A DNA stretch of 64,000 nucleotides, from positions 5,128,151 through 5,192,150 of the forward strand of contig OZ242310.1 in NCBI GenBank assembly GCA_965207855.1, read 5' to 3'. Positions 1 through 11,280 of the stretch are shown one piece after another. The stretch is from Candidatus Poribacteria bacterium. Lineage in GTDB: Bacteria; Poribacteria; WGA-4E; WGA-3G. Positions within the stretch are counted from its first letter, which is position 1. Every line of letters begins with the position of its first letter. The notes under the pieces are model-generated. The model saw only the letters and a program-made list of their open reading frames with translations. It was not told the origin of the DNA and made no database searches. Both the position numbers and the translations under genes were made by a program.

Positions 1-64
1 TGCCAGTTCAGAACCGGCAGCGGTAATTAAGATATTCATATTTTAGACTATCGACCTCCTATCT

Positions 65-2695
<2,631 letters not shown>

Positions 2696-2697
2696 AT

Positions 2698-3657
2698 TTA
2701 GGGTTGTGGATTGTGGGTTGTGGGTTGTCGGTGTTGATTGCTAATCTTCAAGGTCTCTTGAAGGTTCTGGATACCGGCAGTTGTCCCGACGGCAGTGACA
2801 CAGGCAGCACCGGTTGCGGATGCTAATTCCATCGTCGCCTTTAGGTCCCAGTTCATGATGGTCCCAGCGAGAAAACCCGCGGCATAAGCGTCGCCTGCCC
2901 CCGTTGCATCAACAACATCCACAGGATATGCCGGTGCTAAGTGTTCCGCCTCTGGTGTAGCGGCGTAACTTCCGTTTTCACCCATTTTAATGGCGATGGT
3001 GTCAATACCGTAGTTACCGCGCAAAAATTGGGCGATCTCTCTGTAATCAGACAGACCTGTGAGATATTGTGCTTCAACGATACTCGGCATAAAGATGTCT
3101 ACATAAGGCAAACACGGCTCAAGCGTCTCCATCCACTTTCCAGTGGCATCATACGCTGTGTCAAGTGAAGTGGTTATACCCAACGTCTTGGCTATTCGGA
3201 GAACGTTTGCCATCGGAGTTCCGTCAAAACTGGGCATGACAAGCGCGCCAGCGATGTGCAAAATCTTGACAGTTCTGATAAGGTCCCAATCAAGGTCTGC
3301 TTCACAAAGTTCACCGTTTGCGCCGATATAGTGATAGAAAGTCCGTTCCCCATCAGAAGCAATCGCGACAAACGTAAATGAAGTGCTGACATCGGTATCT
3401 TGTCGCATGCCTACTGCGTTGACACCGTTGTCCGTGAGTCCCTGCAGGATGAGATCACCGAAAGCATCAGCACCAACTTTGCCCATTGCGCCAGCAGAGA
3501 TACCGAGACGCGCGAGTGCGATAGCCGTGTTGTTGGCACAGCCTCCGGTATGGATTTCGAGTTCATCAAAGAGTGCTAATTTTCCTTTTTCGGGGAACTG
3601 ATCTATCGGCCGTCCTAACACATCAACGACATAAATGCCGAGGGATAGCACATCCAT
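2698..3657 (-). CDS. PfkB-family carbohydrate kinase (ribokinase-like)
   Basis: C-terminal DATGAGDAYAAGF PfkB motif; GG dipeptide near N-terminus; C-terminal tail encoded by GGGTTGT heptamer repeats. Confidence 0.8.
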   Translation of the reverse strand: MDVLSLGIYVVDVLGRPIDQFPEKGKLALFDELEIHTGGCANNTAIALARLGISAGAMGKVGADAFGDLILQGLTDNGVNAVGMRQDTDVSTSFTFVAIASDGERTFYHYIGANGELCEADLDWDLIRTVKILHIAGALVMPSFDGTPMANVLRIAKTLGITTSLDTAYDATGKWMETLEPCLPYVDIFMPSIVEAQYLTGLSDYREIAQFLRGNYGIDTIAIKMGENGSYAATPEAEHLAPAYPVDVVDATGAGDAYAAGFLAGTIMNWDLKATMELASATGAACVTAVGTTAGIQNLQETLKISNQHRQPTTHNPQP

Positions 3658-3689
3658 GGTTCACCTCATCTCCTTGAGACAATTTTCTT

Positions 3690-5624
3690 TTAACGCTCGG
3701 TATTAGGGCGAAAAATTACCAAAGTATCACTATTTGTATCAAAATTTCCGCCCGCTGTTATGTCAGTAAAATTTCGAGAAGTCCACCCGATAATATAGGG
3801 TTGAGGGTTCAAACCCGTCCCCATCATCAGATATTGCAATACACCCTCTTGTTGTAGGATTCTCGCGAACGCTTCTCGCGTGTCGTTGAGTTCCACATCA
3901 GGCGGCATCTTTGACGTGGAATGCAGCCGGAGATGCGCTGTCGAAAGTTCGGTCTCTTGTTTCGGATTCGTACGGAGTGGAATGTCTCCTAAGTAAGTTA
4001 TTTGCTTACCTGTGACGCGCCACGCGTCTTCAAGTTCAACGGGCAGTTGCTGCGTAAATGCTTCCTTGATATAAGTCGTCGGGTGCCACGGCTCTACAAA
4101 GGCTCCTTGCAGTTGAACATCTGAATCATGCATCAACGTTCCAATCCGTTGGGTCAGTTCAGTTTCCTGATGGCGAATAAAAGTTCCGTCTGGAAACCCA
4201 AAGGATGTTTCTGTCCGTGCTACAGTCCTTATAGAAACAAAACTTTGTAGATGCGCACGCTGTCGCTCAGGATAGACCGACAAGATCGACAGTTGGTCTG
4301 CTGTCATCTTGTTAGGCAAAATATTTCTCGCCACCGCAATTGTGCACACCGAAAAGAAAATAAAGAGGCAGCTGCCTATCCAGTAACTGGACGATTTTCG
4401 TTTAGACCTCCCAAAATTGAGCAAGAGACCTCCGAAAATGAGAAGGTACACCGGTAAGACCACCGCCAATAGTTTAATGAGTGGCACTTGGGTCGGCATT
4501 TTTGAGAGAAATTGTTTATAAATCCGCTCCTCATGTTGACGAGAAAGCGCGTACTGATCTGCAAGATGTCGTGGAGATTTACCCGACTCACTCAGCAAAT
4601 GTTGCCAGAAGGCTTCACCTATCTTTTGCTCCGAGAGTGGCAACGCATTGTAATCATAAGCGAGACAGAGAATTTGCCCATCCCCAAAGTTTCGTTTTGC
4701 AACGTAAATTTCTTCCTTTGTACCGATTAACGTTTCATATCCGACTTTCGGTGCAAACACAATGCGTTCAAATAAAGTTCCATCGCTACCAGAAGCATGA
4801 AAACCGAGTTGTTCATATAAGGCATCAGAGAGTGTATCTGTTTTTTCTATACCGTTCAATTCAACGGGTAGGAAAGGTTCTACAAAACTGCCACGCAGTG
4901 CGTTAAAGCTACCGCCACCGGACATAATAAGGGTGCCGCCTCGTTGGACCCAATCAAGTAATGCTGTCTGTTTTGCTTTAGAGACATGTCTCTCTGTCAA
5001 AAAGGTCTCACGGATAACAAGGACATCAACAGCACTATAACCGATCCAATCCCGTAGCAGTGAGGTTGAATCCGGTAGGTATTTGACATGCACCTGTGCG
5101 CCGTTGGTAACCTTTAATTGTCTTTTGTCAATAAATCGTTTTAACTTATCACCGCTCGGTGCCAGCACCAACACGAGATAGTCTTTACGTGCGATAGGTG
5201 TGGGTAACAGCACTTCGTGGAACGCATCAGTGTCATAAGCATGTAAGCGTTCACTTTCTACAGGTACCGTGGACAGAAGTTTTATAACAAGTCGGGTCGC
5301 ATTTTTCGGGCAGTAAACATAGAAGTGCTTCTGCTGTCGTCCGGTTGGGCTGAGCCGCAGTGGGGTGGCGTATCGTTCAAAAGGTGTATCTGAAGTAAAA
5401 TTCTGGACCTCCACCACCAGTTTCCCAGTAAATACATCCGGTTCATCCTGACTCCAGACAGTAACAGTCAAGGGTGCCCATGTTCCTGTTTTGTAGCCGT
5501 CGCTGAATCCAAAGGTTGCATTCTCAACTTCCACGGCACCGTAGGCAACAGAGGCTGAAAAAAGCGAAAGGTAGAGCAGTATTCTCATTTCACCTACTCC
5601 AACGGAATTGAGGTTAGAATGCAC
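3690..5624 (-). CDS. large membrane protein of unknown function (signal peptide, central TM pair; GldG/ThuA-like GATase1-type segment)
   Basis: 644 aa; N-terminal hydrophobic signal; LIKLLAVVLPVYLLIFGGLLL and CLFIFFSVCTIAVA TM helices; VDVLVI...LLDWVQRGGTLIMSGG segment resembles class-I GATase-like/GldG domains. Confidence 0.5.
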   Translation of the reverse strand: MHSNLNSVGVGEMRILLYLSLFSASVAYGAVEVENATFGFSDGYKTGTWAPLTVTVWSQDEPDVFTGKLVVEVQNFTSDTPFERYATPLRLSPTGRQQKHFYVYCPKNATRLVIKLLSTVPVESERLHAYDTDAFHEVLLPTPIARKDYLVLVLAPSGDKLKRFIDKRQLKVTNGAQVHVKYLPDSTSLLRDWIGYSAVDVLVIRETFLTERHVSKAKQTALLDWVQRGGTLIMSGGGSFNALRGSFVEPFLPVELNGIEKTDTLSDALYEQLGFHASGSDGTLFERIVFAPKVGYETLIGTKEEIYVAKRNFGDGQILCLAYDYNALPLSEQKIGEAFWQHLLSESGKSPRHLADQYALSRQHEERIYKQFLSKMPTQVPLIKLLAVVLPVYLLIFGGLLLNFGRSKRKSSSYWIGSCLFIFFSVCTIAVARNILPNKMTADQLSILSVYPERQRAHLQSFVSIRTVARTETSFGFPDGTFIRHQETELTQRIGTLMHDSDVQLQGAFVEPWHPTTYIKEAFTQQLPVELEDAWRVTGKQITYLGDIPLRTNPKQETELSTAHLRLHSTSKMPPDVELNDTREAFARILQQEGVLQYLMMGTGLNPQPYIIGWTSRNFTDITAGGNFDTNSDTLVIFRPNTER

Positions 5625-5748
5625 GTCGCATGAATCAGAATCAAAATCAACGGTATGAAGCCCGTATAGGCTTCCGAATCAACGGTATGAAGTCCGTATG
5701 GACTTCACCGGGGCATGAACCGGGGCGAGTACGCCGCAAAACCGCTCC
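5617..5748. repeat. REP-like dispersed hairpin repeat (two AATCAACGGTATGAA-hairpin units plus GGGGC...GCCGCAAAACCGCTCC tail)
   Basis: AATCAACGGTATGAAGCCCGTATAGGCTTC and AATCAACGGTATGAAGTCCGTATGGACTTC units; inverted copy at 42969..43102. Confidence 0.8.
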
Positions 5749-6659
5749 TATTGGGTTGCCCCAACAAGACGCGCCGGATTGTTAACAAGTCTCGTCTTCA
5801 CTGCCCCTGCAAAAGAATGCGTGCTAAAAACGCCGTTTCCTAACATAATCATTGACGCAACACCACCTTCTGCCTCAATCTGTGAGATTGTATCAATGAC
5901 CCGTGCGTCCCTGAGCAAACCACTCTCTACTGAAAACTGCTTTGAGACAGCAAAGCAGGCGTTAAACAGTTCGGCACTGGAACTGGCGCGCGTAAGCGTT
6001 CGCAAAGTGTCCAAAGCCACATCAGCAGCATGATTAATACGAAGGGTTTGCTCCGGGTTTCTGAGGACTTCGCTTGTCTGAATCGGTCCGAAGTATCGAT
6101 AATAGATAGGTTGCTCCGCAATCGGCAACCTATCGGCGACCAAAGGCGCGCCTTCCTTCAACTTGACGAGACACCCCCCGTGGTATTGTGAGCATACATC
6201 TCCGAGTCCGGTGCGATTTTCTACTTCTGCGACATGTGCCACCATCGCAAGCGATTCTGTATCCTTGCGGAGACTTAAGAATTCATTGAGTGCATAGGCT
6301 GTTGCGAGTGCAGCGGCACCGCTAAGCCCGAAACCGCAGCCGAGTGGTAACGGGGATGTTAGGTCTACTCTTATGCCTGTAAGCCCAGTGTTTTGAATCA
6401 ACCGCTCAACAACAGCAAGCACTGTCGGAAAATTGATACTTTCCCCGTTAAATAGCACCTCTGTTTCATGGCAGTCAGAAATAGTAACGTTCACACCCTC
6501 TGTAACCGTAAATCCCATCCCAAGTGAGTGCATACGGGTTGCGTCGGAATGCGGAATAATCTTGAAGACACAAGAGATATTGCCGGGGGCATAAGCTCTC
6601 GCCATCTTTTTAACGATTAAATCTGAACTGCTACGTCCGTTGTCCTTGCAGATGCCCAA
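5748..6659 (-). CDS. GHMP-kinase superfamily protein (archaeal-type shikimate/pantoate-kinase-like)
   Basis: Gly/Ser-rich phosphate-binding loop PLGCGFGLSGAAALATAYAL; N-terminal AYAPGNIS resembles archaeal GHMP-type shikimate kinase start; start may be the internal Met (MARAYAPGN). Confidence 0.5.
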   Translation of the reverse strand: MGICKDNGRSSSDLIVKKMARAYAPGNISCVFKIIPHSDATRMHSLGMGFTVTEGVNVTISDCHETEVLFNGESINFPTVLAVVERLIQNTGLTGIRVDLTSPLPLGCGFGLSGAAALATAYALNEFLSLRKDTESLAMVAHVAEVENRTGLGDVCSQYHGGCLVKLKEGAPLVADRLPIAEQPIYYRYFGPIQTSEVLRNPEQTLRINHAADVALDTLRTLTRASSSAELFNACFAVSKQFSVESGLLRDARVIDTISQIEAEGGVASMIMLGNGVFSTHSFAGAVKTRLVNNPARLVGATQ

Positions 6660-6788
6660 TTGTTAACAACCCTTTCATAACCCAAAGCCGATTGGAATCA
6701 ATCAAAACCACCGTGAAATAGATCGCTTATGTGCGAGTATGCTGCAAAACATAGTGGAACGGTGGCGAGATTTAATAGTTTAAAAATT

Positions 6789-8192
6789 CTACACATTGCG
6801 TTGCGGCGGGGCATACCTTGGATGGAATGCGCCCTCACCACATTGTCCTTCCTCTATTTTTGCGGCTTGTCCGCCACCGGTGACGGAGCATCTCGCGCCA
6901 TCTAATTCCGGCAGCACATATCGTTGGAACCATGCCCCCATCTGTTGTCGCATGTCATCTATTCGGGCAGTCTGAGACTTTTCATCTATCAGATTTTTCC
7001 GTTCATCCGGGTCGTTCACCAAATCATAGAGTTCATGGGGTCCATACGGATATCTGTGGACGTATTTCCACTCTTGCGTCCGAATCATACGGACGGGCCC
7101 GTATTCATCGAAGACGACAATTTCATCTTTAGCATCGTTCGTTTCGCCAGAAAGCGCGGAAACAAAACTTCTGCCCGGTGACATATCGTCATTCGGATCG
7201 GGTAGACCGAGGTAATCCAGGAGTGTCGGCATGAAATCGTATTGGCTGACCATCGCTTCACTGACGCGCCCCTCTGGAATCCTGCCGGGTTGACTGATAA
7301 TGAAGGGGACTTTGACGGAATTTTCATACATATTCAGCGGGAACGTCCCGTTGCCTTTATGCCAAAATCCGTGATGCCCGCAGGAGTAGCCGTTGTCGCT
7401 ACTGAAAACAACGAGCGTATTTTCACGGATGCCGAGTTCGGTAAGCCTATCAAGAATCCGCCCGACGTTTAAATCGAGTGCTGTTATCGCTGCAAAGTAG
7501 CCTTTCAACGACTCACGGTTGCCCATGTGAACAGCGGCGCCCTGTACTGCCCACGGATGCAACGCCTCCTGTGGACAGGTTTTGAAGGGGCAATCGTCAT
7601 AGGAGTCAACGATGTCTTGTGGATGCCCTGTGAACGGGGTATGTGGTGCGTTATAGTTGACGCTGAGATAGAAAGGTCCGTCTTTGTTTGCCGAGATAAA
7701 GTTCAACGCGTCATCGGTGATGACATCAGTGAGGTAGCCGGGTTGTATCTCAACCTGTCCATCCCGAATCATGTCGGCGTCATTATATTTGCTGCCGCCA
7801 GTGAGCAAAGCGAACCAGTGGCTGAATCCGTGCTGTGGTGTTAGACTGTCGCCGAGGTGCCATTTGCCGCTCAATCCGACTGTATAATCATTTTCTGCGA
7901 GTACATCTGTATAACAGGTGAGTCCATCAAGGTATCGGGCAGGATTGGGTGGCATGTTTCCGTCGCGAATCCAGTCGTGGACACCGTGTGCCGAAGGGAT
8001 ACGTCCTGTCATGAGACTGGCGCGTGCTGGAGAACAGACGGGACTTGTGCAGAAGAAATTGGGGAAGCGTGTGCCTTCTGAAGCCAATTGGTCGAGATAA
8101 GGTGTGCGTACCTCGTCGTTCCCGCAGCACCCTGCTGCCCAGGGTCCCTGGTCGTCTGTTAGAACAAAAATGACATTTGGTTTGTTTTCCAT
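6789..8192 (-). CDS. sulfatase (formylglycine-dependent arylsulfatase family)
   Basis: 467 aa; CTSPVCSPARASLMTGR C-x-P-x-R sulfatase signature; no obvious signal peptide. Confidence 0.85.
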   Translation of the reverse strand: MENKPNVIFVLTDDQGPWAAGCCGNDEVRTPYLDQLASEGTRFPNFFCTSPVCSPARASLMTGRIPSAHGVHDWIRDGNMPPNPARYLDGLTCYTDVLAENDYTVGLSGKWHLGDSLTPQHGFSHWFALLTGGSKYNDADMIRDGQVEIQPGYLTDVITDDALNFISANKDGPFYLSVNYNAPHTPFTGHPQDIVDSYDDCPFKTCPQEALHPWAVQGAAVHMGNRESLKGYFAAITALDLNVGRILDRLTELGIRENTLVVFSSDNGYSCGHHGFWHKGNGTFPLNMYENSVKVPFIISQPGRIPEGRVSEAMVSQYDFMPTLLDYLGLPDPNDDMSPGRSFVSALSGETNDAKDEIVVFDEYGPVRMIRTQEWKYVHRYPYGPHELYDLVNDPDERKNLIDEKSQTARIDDMRQQMGAWFQRYVLPELDGARCSVTGGGQAAKIEEGQCGEGAFHPRYAPPQRNV

Positions 8193-8246
8193 ATTGAATC
8201 CTCCGTTCCATTAGTAGAGTTGGTGCGATAGTTTGTATTTTCTTCC

Positions 8247-8867
8247 TTACGCTTGCTCACTGATAGGGCCACTTCCTTTTTGCAATTCGTTAAGAAGGCG
8301 AACGATGTCGCGGTAGCATTTATCAAAGGAATCCGTTTGAAGTGCCTGCTCAAAATCAAAAAGTGCTGTGAGCGCGGGTTGGTCGCGCGTCTCATGATAT
8401 GTTCTACCGGTTTGCATTCGCTGGCGCAACCACTCCTTTGCTCCCCGGATTGCTTCTGGATTGTCCGGGGGATTAAGATCGTTCCTTAATCCTCTCCGTC
8501 CCCGAAGTGACTTGGCTGCTGCAAGGAACCATGACTCAAACTCGTATTTTGCTAATACAACAGCAATTGGTATATCGCTACGAGTTCGTGATGCTCGATT
8601 AAGCAGGGCGGGGCCGAGTTCCGCTGGACAGTCATCATCACTGTCAAGGATAATAAGTATAGCACCTTGTACCCCAATTTTTTCAACTGCTAATTCAACT
8701 CTTTGTTCAAGTTCTCCGTCTTTGACAATTTGGTTTCTGTGAACTCGGATGGGGCGCGGTATATCAACCGTCAACTCTGGATAAAGTTCCTTCGCTACAC
8801 GTCGGATCAAGATCGGTACAGCTACCACATCGCCAGCTCCCTCGACAATACAACCTATTTTGATCAT
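8247..8867 (-). CDS. DUF4276-like small protein with TOPRIM-like signature (candidate nuclease partner of adjacent ATPase)
   Basis: 206 aa; N-terminal IVEGAGD (conserved Glu) and ILDSDDD (DxD) resemble TOPRIM catalytic motifs; AKYEFESWFLA motif; start overlaps the upstream ATPase stop. Confidence 0.6.
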   Translation of the reverse strand: MIKIGCIVEGAGDVVAVPILIRRVAKELYPELTVDIPRPIRVHRNQIVKDGELEQRVELAVEKIGVQGAILIILDSDDDCPAELGPALLNRASRTRSDIPIAVVLAKYEFESWFLAAAKSLRGRRGLRNDLNPPDNPEAIRGAKEWLRQRMQTGRTYHETRDQPALTALFDFEQALQTDSFDKCYRDIVRLLNELQKGSGPISEQA

Positions 8868-10117
8868 TATCTGTGCTCGCTACTCTTCTCTCCTCTATTA
8901 GATTTTCCATTCTTGGGACCAAAGATTCGGAGTTGTTTAACGTTTTCAGTAGAAATTATAGATGCCGGGTCGGGTTGCAATTGATCGCAGCGCAAGAGTT
9001 CTCCGATTGTAAACAGTTTATCACGCACGACAGATCTGCTAACTTCGTCAACAGGAGCAATTACCGTATTTCCATCATGAGCTTCAACAGCGAGAATTGA
9101 ATCCACGTCCAAGTGTTTGTCCTCAAGGAGGTCCGGACTATGACAGGTGGTAATCACCTGTGCCTTGTAGGCAGGATATCGAAACTCATCAAACAACACC
9201 CCCGTCATTGCAGGATAGATCGCGATTTCTGGTTCTTCAATTCCCACAAGTGGTACGCGTTTTCGCGCGTCGTGATTTCCCTGAAACAATGCTACCAGAA
9301 TCCCTAACAAGCGGAGCGTACCATCAGACATATTACTTGCAAGAAATCGCCAAGGGTGTTTGTCTCCCGCTACATCCTGCCTGAACGCTAATGTTTCCTT
9401 GCTGCCAAACTTTTCAATTTCTACGCCACGAACACCAGGCACAATTATTGCCAGATATTCCTCAATGTCTTGTTTCGCAATGGGTGAAAGTTGGGCAAAA
9501 ACACTGGTAAGGTTTCTGCCATCACGAAGCAGCAGATCTCCAGGATCCGGGTCTTGGAGGTCTCGAATTTTATCAGGATTAAGATTGTAAAATCCCATCC
9601 GAGAAAATGCATCGTAGACAGGACGAAATTCGGGCAATCCAGAAGCATTCACCAGATAGAGTCGGTCTGTTGCAGCAGCTGGTGCCACCTTCATACTTGT
9701 GTCTGTCACAACACCATTATCAATACGGAAGTATTCCTTTAGGGTCTGACCCCGCTCATTTTGAACGCTACACTCTTCCGTCCGAACCTCATAACCTCCC
9801 GGTGAACGCTTCCTGATTTGGAAAGCATAGTGGCCCGTAAAATCTTCTGGCAAAGTGAATTCAAGGCGAATGCTAAAATGGTTTGGATGTCCGCGAGAGC
9901 GGCGGAGAACATCATTGATCCCGCCTCGGTCGCGTATCGCATGGTCAAGCGATAAATTCAACGCATCAGCAACAAATCGCAAGGCATCCAAGAAATTACT
10001 CTTGCCCGAACCGTTGCGACCTACAAGGAATGTTAAAGGTCCCAATCGCACATCACACGCAGCAATGCTCTTATAGTTTTTCAGAACGACCCTTGTGATA
10101 AAGGTTGAATCTCTCAT
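8867..10117 (-). CDS. ABC/SMC-like AAA ATPase (AAA_15/AAA_21 type, OLD/AriA-like)
   Basis: 416 aa; Walker A GRNGSGKSNFLDALRF; C-terminal LVGIEEPEIAIYP Walker B/D-loop typical of OLD-family ABC ATPases. Confidence 0.75.
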   Translation of the reverse strand: MRDSTFITRVVLKNYKSIAACDVRLGPLTFLVGRNGSGKSNFLDALRFVADALNLSLDHAIRDRGGINDVLRRSRGHPNHFSIRLEFTLPEDFTGHYAFQIRKRSPGGYEVRTEECSVQNERGQTLKEYFRIDNGVVTDTSMKVAPAAATDRLYLVNASGLPEFRPVYDAFSRMGFYNLNPDKIRDLQDPDPGDLLLRDGRNLTSVFAQLSPIAKQDIEEYLAIIVPGVRGVEIEKFGSKETLAFRQDVAGDKHPWRFLASNMSDGTLRLLGILVALFQGNHDARKRVPLVGIEEPEIAIYPAMTGVLFDEFRYPAYKAQVITTCHSPDLLEDKHLDVDSILAVEAHDGNTVIAPVDEVSRSVVRDKLFTIGELLRCDQLQPDPASIISTENVKQLRIFGPKNGKSNRGEKSSEHR

Positions 10118-10226
10118 GTTACTATACCTTATATCTTAATGTGGACGTTTGCACACAAAGACTGTATCTATATTAGAACTCATAATTACTGATACGCCAT
10201 TGTGAGATTTGCCGCATTTATGAAAA

Positions 10227-10250
10227 CACAAACTAACAGTTTGTGCTACA
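10227..10250. repeat. palindromic box ACAAACT-N-AGTTTGT + GCTACA tail (family member 1 of 5)
   Basis: CACAAACTAACAGTTTGTGCTACA; other members at 11214..11238, 24093..24117 (degenerate), 24291..24317, 50429..50453. Confidence 0.75.
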
Positions 10251-10269
10251 TTTCCGAGCTTCACTACAG

Positions 10270-11151
10270 TTATGCTACCGGAAATGCCTCACCCACGAGC
10301 GGTTTGCCATCCTCCACCTCAATTGTCGGAACGAGGACGTGATTGGGTGACTGTGCGTTATTATAGCAGACATCTTGCGCCATGAAAATCATAACGAACG
10401 CTCGGCGTTGATACTCCGTGACGTTTGGGGGTGTACCGTGCCAGTTGAGGCAGTGATGGAACATACATTCGCCTGCTTTTAATTCCACAGGAACGCCGTG
10501 GCTGATGTCCAACTTCTGCCTTTCCGACCACTGATTCGGCGAGGGTTCACGTCCTTCTTCACGTGCTTTCGCGGCTGCCGCATCCGCCTCGGCTCTTGCG
10601 GTGACAGAGAAGCGTTCATCTTTATGGCTCTTGGGCATAACGTGCATGCATCCGCTATCGACTGTCGCATCGTCCAAAGCAAGCCAGCAGCTGACGATGT
10701 TCGGTGGACTCAGGGGCCAGAAGAAGAAGTCGTGATGGAATCCGAAATGACCGTTGTCGTGGGGTGGCTTGGAAATAACCTGATCGTGCCAGAGACGGAC
10801 TTCGGGGGTATCCAGCAGTGCGCGTGCTGTGCCTGCGATGAGCGGATGGTGAATGGCTGCCTTATAGTGCGGCTCTCGCTTCCACATGTTGACGTATTGA
10901 TGGATTGCGCGTGGGTGGCCGCGCTGCCGATCCAGTTGCGTGTCATGCCGATCGTGTCCGTATTTGAACTCTGGCGACGACTCATCCCCTTCAGTGAGTT
11001 CCAATTCAATGATAGCATCTAACCCAGCACGCATGGCATCAACACCGTCGCTATCCAAAACTTTTCCAAACTTGAGATACCCGTTTTCCTGAAAAAACTT
11101 GATCTGTTCCTGTGTTATCATTGCGCTTCTCCACGTGTATTTGATGTACAT
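10270..11151 (-). CDS. phytanoyl-CoA dioxygenase (PhyH) family Fe/2OG oxygenase
   Basis: 293 aa; HxD...H arrangement (FHHDFFFW ... HCLNWHGTPPN) typical of the PhyH family. Confidence 0.7.
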   Translation of the reverse strand: MYIKYTWRSAMITQEQIKFFQENGYLKFGKVLDSDGVDAMRAGLDAIIELELTEGDESSPEFKYGHDRHDTQLDRQRGHPRAIHQYVNMWKREPHYKAAIHHPLIAGTARALLDTPEVRLWHDQVISKPPHDNGHFGFHHDFFFWPLSPPNIVSCWLALDDATVDSGCMHVMPKSHKDERFSVTARAEADAAAAKAREEGREPSPNQWSERQKLDISHGVPVELKAGECMFHHCLNWHGTPPNVTEYQRRAFVMIFMAQDVCYNNAQSPNHVLVPTIEVEDGKPLVGEAFPVA

Positions 11152-11213
11152 TATATCATTTCTGAAATTATATCTCGTGTTTATACTACGTTTATGAAGG
11201 TGACCCCTGACTG

Positions 11214-11238
11214 CACAAACTAAAAGTTTGTGCTACAA
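11214..11238. repeat. palindromic box ACAAACTAAAAGTTTGT + GCTACAA tail
   Basis: CACAAACTAAAAGTTTGTGCTACAA. Confidence 0.75.
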
Positions 11239-11280
11239 CAGTTCGTGTTTGTTACGGCACACGGCGTGTGCCTACTACTT

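Noticed and set aside
10498-11022. 174-aa + strand ORF.
   Set aside because: It lies entirely antisense to the well-supported PhyH-family gene (10270..11151) and has no recognisable motifs. It is one of many spurious antisense ORFs in the six-frame track (others include 4481..4906, 7527..7844, 13511..13921, 17397..17996 and 57581..58168).
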